Positions 8,282-18,500 of a DNA stretch of 64,000 nt are shown piece after piece (within the stretch, counting starts at the first letter, position 1; each line of letters begins with the position of its first letter). The position numbers and the translations under genes are program-made. The notes under the pieces are model-generated. The model saw nothing but the letters and a program-made list of their open reading frames with translations, ran no database searches and was not told the origin of the DNA. Source of the DNA: Eledone cirrhosa (lineage: Eukaryota); the NCBI GenBank assembly GCA_964016885.1, contig OZ024744.1, forward strand, positions 101,370,001 through 101,434,000, read 5' to 3'.

Positions 8282-10884
8282 ATACAGCGACCTCACAGTC
8301 AGAACTAGACGAACCTGGAAACAGAGGCCAACCTGGAGAAGAAAGATCTGGAAGCTGAAAGACCCCTCAACCAGTAACAGATTTAAAGATATTTTACTCA
8401 ACGCCTACGACAGTAAAGAAGAACAGATAGAGACATTTAATGTAGAAGAGCACTGGGAGTTCCTAAAAAATAACTTACTAGAAGCGACGGATGAGGTCTG
8501 TGGCTGGAGTAAGACCTCAAGCAGGAGGAGAGTGACTTGGTGGTGGAACAATAAGGTAGATGAGGCAGTTAAGGCCAAGAGACAGGCATGGAAAGAATGG
8601 AAGAACGGGGGGAGCAGGGTACATTACATAGAGACCAAGAGGGAAGCTAGGCGACAAGTATACTTAGCTAGGAGGGAAGCAGAGGATAGAAAATTCAAGC
8701 ATGTTTTGCAACGTGAGGACCAGAAACAGGAGGTGTTCAAGATTGCGAGGCAGTATGTCAGAGAGAGTTGTGATGTCATTGGAGAGAAGTGTATCCGGAA
8801 TGATAAAGGTGAGCTTGCCCTCACAAGTGCTGAGAAGAAAGATGCATGGAAGAGTCATTATGATAGATTACTAAATGAAGAGAATGCATGGGAAGAAGAG
8901 ACCCTACCCCAAGTAGACCCTATAGAGGGGCCAGCAGTACAAGTCAGCAGCAACGTAGTAAGTAAGGCAATCAAAGATATGAAGATGGGGAAGGCAACAG
9001 GTCCATCGGGTATAGCTGCCGAGATGCTGAAGGCATCTGGGTCTGTAGGTCACACTATAACCACACGTACTGTTAATCAGGTAATACTAGAAGGTGTCAT
9101 ACCAAAAGATTGGTGCAGCAGCATCATTGTCAACTGCTACAAAGGTAAAGGTGATATAAAGGAAACTATAGAGGTATAAAGCTGATGGACCAGGTCATGA
9201 AAGTAACAGAAAGAGTTATAGCACAGTTGATTAGGGACCGGGTGAAAATAGACGAGATGCAATTTGAGTTTGTACCAGGAAGAGGCACCACTGATGCCCT
9301 CTTCCTTGTGAGGAAGCTACAGGAAAAGTACCTAGCTAAAAGTAAGCCACTGTACTTGGCATTTGTCGACCTTGAGAAAGCCTTTGACAGAGTTCTCAGT
9401 GCTGTAATCTGGTGGACTCTTAGAAAACTAGGAGTAGATGAATGGCTTGTGAAAGCGGTACAAGCCATGTATAGGGGAGCAGTCAGCAAAGTTAGGATTA
9501 GCAATGAGTATAGCGAGGAATTTAGCGTACAGGTTGGGGTCCACCAGGGCTCTGTTCTTAGCCCTCTCCTGTTCATCATAGTCCTGCAGGCAATAACGGA
9601 GGAGTTTAAGACCGGATGCCCATGGGAACTCCTGTATGCTGATGACCTCACACTTATAGCTGAATCTATGGTAGAACTAGAGAATAAATTCCAAACTTGG
9701 AAGCAGGGACTAGAAAGAAAGGGTCTCAAAGTCAACATGACAAAGACTAAGGTCCTTGTAAGTAGACGAGAAAACAGAACCCAGATCCCCTCAGGGAAAT
9801 GGCCTTGCTCAGTATGTAGGAAAGGTGTAGGCAGGAACTCCATTCTCTGCCCCAAATGCAAACAATGGGTACACAAGAGATGTAGCGGGATCTCAGGAAG
9901 CTTAATTAAGAATGTAGGCTTCACATGCAGCAGCTGTGCTGGGACAGCAAGCAGCAAATAGCCACAGGAAACAAGTACCACCAATCTCTGGGAGGGCTCT
10001 GTAGAAACAGTAGACAGCTTCTGCTACCTAGGTGACCGAATTAGCAGCGGAGGTGGGTGTTCAGAAAGTACAATAACTAGGGTAAGAACGGGATGGAAGA
10101 AGTTTAGGGAACTACTACCACTGCTAGCTGCAAAAGGCTTCTCCCTCAGAATGAAAGGCAGACTGTATGATGCGTGTATCCGAAAAGCAATGTTGCATGG
10201 TAGTGGGACCTGGGCGCTGAAGGTGGAAGACTTACGTAGATTAGAGAGAAACGAAGCCTGCATGCTCCGATGGATATGTAACAGTAATATACGTGAACGA
10301 CAAAGCATAAATGAATTGAGAGAGAGACTGAGCATAAGAGGAATCAAATGCTGTGTGCAGGAGAGGCGGTTGCATTGGTATGGACATGTGATGCGTATGA
10401 AGGATGACAGCTGCATAAAAAGGTGCAGAGCACTAGAAGTCGATGGAAACAGTGGAGTGGGGAGACCCAAGATAACCTGGGATGAGGTGATAAAAGCCGA
10501 CCTTACCCAATTACACCTCTCAAAGGCAATGACACACGACCGTGACCTCTGGTGTCACGCAGTAATACAGAGTACCCGACCTCCCATGGGTACAAGCTGA
10601 AGCATATAGACAATATGCCCCCACACCCCCCACCGCAAGGTGGTCGTGGAGGAGCCACGGCAAAAAAGCACCCAGCCCACACTGTAAACTGGACGTGTAG
10701 GCGCCACGGAAAAAGCACCCAGCACTCACTGTAAATGAGGTTGGTGTTAGGAAGGGCATCCAGCTGTAGAAATCAAGCCAGATCAGTTCCTGTATGAGCA
10801 CGGCATGGTCAGCTGACCAGACACTGCCCACAACAGGACAACCCGTCTAACCCATGCTAGCGTGGAAGAACGGACGTAAACCGG

Positions 10885-10916
<32 letters not shown>
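8282..10916 (+). mobile_element. 5'-truncated RTE LINE (~2.6 kb): RT pseudo-ORF, 3'UTR, (GAT)n tail
   Basis: TWWWN, GKATGPSGI, QFEFVPGRGTTDA, AFVDLEKAFDRV, GVHQGSVLSPLLF, LLYADDL, FCYLGD, RLHWYGHV. Frameshift near 9155-9165 and an in-frame TAG at 9959-9961 (CAG in the sister copy). No endonuclease domain; (GAT)~10 tail at ~10886-10916. Confidence 0.95.
10634..10742 (+). repeat. About 2.3 copies of the 48-bp unit inside the RTE 3'UTR
   Basis: ggtggtcgtggaggagccacggcaaaaaagcacccagcccacactgtaaa / ctggacgtgtaggcgccacggaaaaagcacccagcactcactgtaaa, colinear with the satellite monomer. Confidence 0.9.
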
Positions 10917-10919
<3 letters not shown>

Positions 10920-11372
10920 GGCAAAGCATAAATGAATTGAGAGAGAGACTGAGCATAAGAGGAATCAAATGGTGTGTGCAGGAGAGGCGGTTGCGCTGGT
11001 ATGGATATGTGATGTGTATGAAGGATGACAGCTGCATAAAAAGGTGCAGAGCACTAGAAGTCGATGGAAACCGCGGAGTGGGGAGACCCAAGAAGACCTG
11101 GGATGAGGTGATAAAAGCCGACCTTACCCAATTACACCTCTCAAAGGTGATGACATACGACAGTGACCTCTGGCGTTATGCAGTAAAACAGAAGACCCGA
11201 CTTCCCACGGGTACAAGCCGAAGCTGAAGCATATAGACAATATGCCCCCAGCCCCTCCCACTGCAAAGTGGTTGTGGAGGTGTCACAACAAAAAAGCACC
11301 CAGCTCACACTGTAAAGTGGTCGTGTAGGCGACACAGAAAAAAAGCACCCAGCACTCACTGTAAATGAGGTT
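10914..11372 (+). mobile_element. RTE LINE 3' fragment, head-to-tail with the previous copy
   Basis: Repeats 10293-10742 (RLRWYGYV, GRPKKTWDEV). Starts inside the GAT tail, carries ~2.3 48-bp units at ~11260-11372, and stops before the tail at a TA-rich tract. Confidence 0.92.
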
Positions 11373-11964
11373 TAATATATATAAATAATAACTTAAAACA
11401 ATATGGCTTGCCTGACTCAATTTCAGCATATCGTTCAGTCTTCTTAGATCCTTTGAAGTGAAAGGTACGAATTTTCTGGATACCCACTGAAGAGCACAGG
11501 AATGGAGGCTTTCACTTAATAATGCTTGCAAAACAAATTTAGGTCTGTCTGGGTAACAAAGGCTGTTGCCCGATATAGGTTTGTTAGTTTTATTGATTTA
11601 TTACTTTAAATCGAGACAGGCAAACCATATTGTTTTAAATTAGTATTTTTCAACCTAGCTAACTTGGTCATTTGCAATTGGAACACATGTATACTTATAT
11701 CTGTGTTCATCCCTCTCATATATTACACTGCTCGGAAAGATTCCCTTCTTTGAGCTATTTAATTGTAAAAGACTATTTTGAGTTTCTAACTCAATCTATG
11801 ATATATATAGGTATATGTGGGTGATTATAATGGAATATAAAAGATATTTTATAAACCTTTGTTTTCTTCAATTTATATATCTCTTTTCGATCGACTTTCG
11901 TCAAATCGGACCGAGGGAACAATGTTTCCGTTGGTCTTTCCAATTGCTAATACTATCTATCGGT

Positions 11965-12102
11965 CGCAACTCCAGGTAGAAGGAGCAACGTGAAATAAAG
12001 TGTCTTGCTCAAGGACATAACGCATCGCCTGGTCCAGGAATCGAACTCACAACCCTACGATTGCGAATCCAATACCCTAACCACTCCGCCACACGCCTTC
12101 AC
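11965..12102 (-). mobile_element. tRNA-derived SINE (head and central domain)
   Basis: Minus strand: A-box TGGCGGAGTGG (12091-12081), B-box GTTCGATTCC (12046-12037), then TGTCCTTGAGCAAGACACTT resembling the CORE/V-type SINE central motif. The 3' boundary is uncertain. Confidence 0.85.
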
Positions 12103-12162
12103 ATAAATATATATATTTGTGTAGTTAATACGAAGCATTGTGAGATATGTAGTAAAAGACAG

Positions 12163-12517
12163 AAATTTTTTTTTTTAAAAGCCACTACAAAGTGGTAGAA
12201 AATACAAATGATATCAAATGATGTCAAATGAAACAAAACAAAACAAAGTAATGTTTTTTACCCAGAGCATTTTAACATGATATTTCAGAGCTATTACCCT
12301 CTTTTCAGGAGTGTAGTTGAAAGAGTCTAAGACAAAACAAAATGAATGATCGGAGTATTCTTACCAAACAGCTTGACATCTAAAAAGAGTGTAGTAGCCC
12401 TGAAATATCATGTTTAAATACACAGGGCAAAACATTACTTTGTTTTGTTTTTTTTTCCTTTGCCATCATTTGCAATTCGTATTTTTCTACAGCATTGTAC
12501 CGGCTTTCAAAAAATTT
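12163..12517. repeat. Diverged long inverted repeat (arms ~140 bp, spacer ~70 bp)
   Basis: 12163-12308 aligns to the reverse complement of 12380-12517 (shared blocks aaacaaaacaaagtaatgtttt and aacatgatatttcag.gcta.tac.ctctttt). Confidence 0.8.
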
Positions 12518-15500
12518 AACACACACATACATATCAAAAGTAGTTGTGTAGGTGTCATGACAAAAAGCACCCAGTCCAAACTGTAAAGTGGTCATGTAGG
12601 TGTCATGACAAAAAGCAACCAGCCCATACTGTAAGGTAGTCGTGTAGGTGTCATGACAAAAAGCACTCAGTCCACACTGTAAAGTGGTCATGTAGGTGTC
12701 ATGACAAAAAGCACCCAACCCACACTGTAAAGTGGTCATGTAGGTGTCATGACAAAAAGCAACCAGCCCATACTGTAAGGTAGTCGTGTAGGTGTCATGA
12801 CAAAAAGCACCCAGTCCACACTGTAAAGTGGTCATGTAGGTGTCATGACAAAAAGCACTCAGTCCACACTGTAAAGTGGTCATGTAGGTGTCATGACAAA
12901 AAGCACCCAACCCACACTGTAAAGTGGTCATGTAGGTGTCATGACAAAAAGCACCCAGTCCACACTGCAAAGTGGTCATGTAGGTGTCATGACAAAAAGC
13001 ACACAGCCCATACTGTAAGGTAGTCGTGTAGGTGTCATGACAAAAAGCACCCAGTCCACACTGTAAAGTGGTCATGTAGTTGTCATGACAAAAAGTACCC
13101 AGTCCACACTGTAAAGTGGTCATGTAGGTTTCATGACAAAAAGCATCCAACACACACTGTAAAGTGGTCATGTAGGTGTCATGAGAAAAAGCACCCAGTC
13201 CACACTGCAAAGTGGTCATGTAGGTGTCATGACAAAAAGCACCCAGTCCACACTGTAAAGTGGTCATGTAGGTGTCATGACAAAAAGCACCCAGTCCACA
13301 CTGCAAAGTGGTCATGTAGGTGTCATGACAAAAAGCACCCAGTCCACTCTGTAAAGTGGTCATGTAGGTGTCATGACAAAAAGCACCCAGCCCATACTGC
13401 AAAGTGGTCATGTAGGTGTCATGACAAAAAGCACCCAGTCCACTCTGTAAAGTGGTCATGTAGGTGTCATGACAAAAAGCACCCAGCCCATACTGTAAGG
13501 TAGTCGTGTAGGTGTCATGACAAAAAGCACCCAGTCCACACTGCAAAGTGGTCATGTAGGTGTCATGACAAAAAGCACCCAGTCCACTCTGTAAAGTGGT
13601 CATGTAGGTGTCATTCCAAAAAGCCCCCAGTACTCACTGTAAAAGTGGACATGTAGGTGTCACGACAAAAAGAACCTAGTCCACACTGTAAAGTTGTCAT
13701 GTTCGTGTCATGACAAAAAGCACACAGTCCTCACTGTAAAGTGGTCATGTACGTTTCATGACAAAAAGCACCCAGCCCACACTGTAAAGTGGTCATGTAG
13801 GTGTCATGACAAAAAGCACCCAGTACTCACTGTAAAGGGGTCATGTAGGTGTCATGACAAAAAGACCCCAGGACTCACTGTAAAGTGGTCATGTAGGTAT
13901 CATGACAAAAAGCACCTAGCCCACACTGTAAAGTGGTCATGTGGGTGTCATGACAAAAAGCACACATTACCTACTGTAAAGTGGTCATGTAGGTGTCACG
14001 CAAAATGCACCCAGTACTTATAGTAAAAGTGGTCAGGTAGGTGTCATGCAAAAAGCACCCAGTCCACACTGTAAAGTGGTCATGTACATGTCATGATAAA
14101 AAGCACCCAATACTTACTGTAAAGTGATCATGTAGGTGTCATGACAAAATGCACCCAGTACTTAATATAAAGTGGTCGTGTATGTGTCATGACAAAAAGC
14201 ACCCAGTACTCACTGTAAAGTGGTCATGTAGGTGTCATGACAAAAAACAGCCATTACTCACTGTAAAGAGGTCATGTAGGTGTCATGACAAAAAGCACCC
14301 AGTACTCACTGTAAAGTGGTCATGTAGGTGTCATGACAAAAAGCACCGAGCCCACACTGTAAAGTGGTCATGTAGGTGTCATGACCAAAAGCACCCAGTC
14401 CACACTGTAAAGTGGTCATGTAGGTGTCATGACAAAAAGCACCCAGTAGAAACTGTAAAGTGGTCATGTAGGTGTCATGACAAAAAGGACCCATTACTTT
14501 ACTGTAAAGTGGTCATCTAGGCTTCATGACAAAAAGCACCCAGTACTCACTGTAAAGTGGTCATGTAGGTGTCATTTCAAAAAACACCCAGTACTCACTG
14601 TAAAGTGGTCATGTAGGTGTTATGACAAAAAGCACCCAGTCCACACTGGAAAGTGGTCATCTAGGCCTCATGACAAAAAGCACCCAGTACTCACTGTAAA
14701 GTGGTCATGTAGGTATCATGCAAAAAGCACCCAGTACTCACTGTAAAGTGGCCATGTAGGTGTCATGACAAAAAGTACCCAGTCCATACTGTAAGGTAGT
14801 CGTGTAGGTGTCATGACAAAAAGCACCCAGTCCACACTGCAATGTTGTCATGTAGGTGTCATGACAAAAAGCACACAGTACTCACTGTAAAGTGGTCATG
14901 TAGGTGTCATTACAACAAGCTCCCAGTACTCACTGTAAAAGTGGTCATGTAGGTGTCATGACAAAAATCAGCCAGTACTCACTGTAAAGTGGTCTTGAAG
15001 GTCTCTTGACAAAAAGCACACAGTACTCACTGTAAAGTGGTCATGTAGGTGTCATGACAAAAAGCTCTCAGCCCACACTTTAAAGTGGTCATGTAGGTGT
15101 CATTTCAAAAAGCACCCAGTACTCACTGTAAAGTGGTCATGTAGGTGTCATGGCAAAAAGCACCCAGTACTCACTGTAAAGTGGTCATGTAGGTGTCATG
15201 AGAAAAAGCACCCAGCCCACACTGTAAAGTGGTCATGTAGGTGTCATTTCAAAAAGCACCCAGTACTCACTGTAAAGTATTCATGTAGGTGTCATGGCAA
15301 AAAGAACCCAGTACTCACTGTAAAGTGGTCATGTAGATGTCATGAGAAAAAGCACCCAGTACTCACTGTAAAGTGGTCATGTAGGTGTCATGACATAAAG
15401 CTCTCAGCCCACACTGTAAAGTGGTCATGTAGGTGTCATTTCAAAAAGCACCCAGTACTCACTGTAAAGGTGGTCTTGTTGGTCTCTTGACAAAAAGCAC

Positions 15501-18500
15501 CCAGTACTCACTTTAAAGTGGCCATGTAGGTGTCATGAGAAAAAGCACCCAGTCCACACTGTAAAGTGGACATGTAGGTGTCATGACAAAAAGCTGTCAG
15601 TCCATACTGTAAAGTGGTCATGTAGGTGATATGACAAAAAGTACCCAGTCCATACTGTAAAGTGGTCATGTAGCTGTCGTTACAAAAAGCTCCCAGTACT
15701 CACTGTAAAAGTGGTCATGTAGGTGTCATGACAAAAAACTGCCAGTACTCATTGTAAAGTGGTCTTGTAGGTGTCTTGACAAAAAAGCACCCAGTACTCA
15801 CTGTAAAGTGGTCATGTAGGTGTCATGAGAAAAAGCACCCAGTACTCACTGTAGAGTGGTCATGTAGGTGTTATGACAAAAAGCTCTCAGCCCACACTGT
15901 AAAGTGGTCATGTAGGTGTCATTTCAAAAAGCACCCAGTACTCACTGTTAAGTGGTCATGTAGGTGTCATGGCAAAAATCTCCCAGTACTCACTGTAAAG
16001 TGGTCATGTAGGTGTCATGAGAAAAAGCACCCAGTACTCACTGTAAAGTGGTCATGTAGGAGTCATTTCAAAAAGCTCTCAGCCCACACTGTAAAGTGGT
16101 CATGTAGGTGTCATTTCAAAAAGCACCCCGTACTCAATGTAAAGTGGTCATGTAGGTGTCATGGCAAAAATCACCCAGTACTCACTGTAAAGTGGTCATG
16201 TAGGTGTCATTTCAAAAAGCACCCAGTACTCACTGTAAAGTGGTCATGTGGATGTCATGACAAAAAGCACCCAGTAGTCACTCTGTATAGTGGTCATGTA
16301 GGTGTCATAACAAAAAGCACCCAACCCACACTGTAAAGTGGTCATGTAGGTGTCATGACAAAAAGCACCCAGGACTCACTGTAAAGTGGTCATGTAGGTG
16401 TCATGCAAAAAGCACCCAGACCACACTGTAAAGTGGTCATGTAGGTGTCATGACAAAAAGCACCCAGCCCATACTGTAAGGTAGTCGTGTAGGTGTCATG
16501 ACAAAAAGCACCCAGTCCACACTGCAAAGTGGTCATGTAGGTCTCATGACAAAAGCACACAGTACTCACTGTAAAGTGGTCATGTAGGTGTCATGACAAA
16601 AAGCACACAGTCCACACTGTAAAGTGGTCATGTAGGTGTCATGACAAAAAGCTCTCAGTCCATACTGTAAAGTGGTCATGTAGGTGACCACACAAAAAGT
16701 ACCCAGTCCACACTGTAAAGTGGTCATATAGCTGTCATTACAAAAAGCACCCAGTACTCACTGTAAAAGTGGTCATGTAGGTGTCATAACAAAAAACAGC
16801 CAGTACTCACTGTAAAGTGGTCTTGTAGGTGTCTTGACAAAAAGCACCCAGTACTCACTGTAAAGTGGTCATGTAGGTGTCATGAGAAAAAGCACCCAGT
16901 CCACACTGTAAAGTGGACATGTAGGTGTCATGACAAAAAGCTGCCAGTCCATACTGTAAGGTAGTCGTGTAGGGGTCATGACAAAAAGCACCCAGTCCAC
17001 ACTGCAAATTGGTCATGTAGGTGTCATGACAAAAAGCACACAGTACTCACTGTAAAGTGGTCATGTAGGTGTCATTACAACAAGCTCCCAGTACTCACTG
17101 TAAAAGTGGTCATGTAGGAGTCATGACAAAAAACAGCCAGTACTCACTGTAAAGTGGTCTTGTAGGTGTCATGAGAAAAAGCACACAGTACTCACTGTAA
17201 AGTGGTCATGTAGGTGTCATGAGAAAAAGCACCCAGCCCACACTGTAAAGTGGTCATGTAGGTGTCATTTCAAAAAGCACCCAGTACTCACTGTAAAGTG
17301 GTCATGTAGGTGTCATGGCAAAAATCTCCCAGTACTCACTGTAAAGTGGTCATGTAGGTGTCATGAGAAAAAGCACCCAGTACTCACTGTAAAGTGGTCA
17401 TGTAGGTGTCATTTCAAAAAGCTCTCAGCCCACACTGTAAAGTGGTCATGTAGGTGTCATTTCAAAAAGCACCCAGTACTCACTGTAAAGTGGTCATGTA
17501 TGTGTCATGGCAAAAATCACCCAGTACTCACTGTAAAGTGGTCATGTAGGTGTCATTTCAAAAAGCACCCAGTACTCACTGTAAAGTGGTCATGTAGATG
17601 TCATAACAAAAAGCACCCAGTAGTCACACTGTATAGTGGTCATGTAGGTGTCATAACAAAAAGCACCCAACCCACACTGTAAAGTGGTCATGTAGGTGTC
17701 ATGACAAAAAAAACCCAGGACTCATTGTAAAGTGGTCATGTAGGTGTCATGCAAAAAGCACCCAGACCACACTGTAAAGTGGTCTTGTAGGTATCATGAC
17801 AAAAAGCACCCAGCCCATACTGTAAGGTAGTCGTGTAGGTGTCATGACAAAAAGCACCCAGTCCACACTGCAAAGTGGTCATGTAGGTGTCATGACAAAA
17901 GCACACAGTACTCACTGTAAAGTGGTCATGTAGGTGTCATGACAAAAAGCACCCAGTCCACACTGTAAAGTGGTCATGTAGGTGTCATGACAAAAAGCAC
18001 CCAGCCCACACTGTAAAGTGGTCATGTAGGTGTCATTTCAAAAAGCACCCAGTACTCACTGTAAAGTGGTCAGGTAGGTGTCATGGCAAAAAGAACCCAG
18101 TACTCACTGTAAAGTGGTCATGTAGGTGTCATGAGAAAAAGCACCCAGTACTCACTGTAAAGTGGTCATGTAGGTGTCATGACATAAAGCTCTCAGCCCA
18201 CACTGTAAAGTGGTCATGTAGGTGTCATTTCAAAAAGCACCCAGTACTCACTGTAAAGGTGGTCTTGTTGGTCTCTTGACAAAAAGTACCCAGTACTCAC
18301 TTTAAAGTGGCCATGTAGGTGTCATGAGAAAAAGCACCCAGTCCACACTGTAAAGTGGACATGTAGGTGTCATGACAAAAAGCTGTCAGTCCATACTGTA
18401 AAGTGGTCATGTAGGTCATATGACAAAAAGTACCCAGTCCATACTGTAAAGTGGTCATGTAGCTGTCGTTACAAAAAGCTCCCAGTACTCACTGTAAAAG

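Noticed and set aside
8282-10916. Active, autonomous LINE
   Set aside because: It lacks the 5' end and AP endonuclease, and has a frameshift and an in-frame stop.
9166-11091. Minus-strand ORFs 9166-9984, 10024-10470 and 10783-11091
   Set aside because: Antisense to the RTE ORF, a common shadow-frame effect.
12030-12100. tRNA gene on the minus strand
   Set aside because: A and B boxes are present, but the acceptor stem does not close and the sequence continues into a SINE-type central domain.
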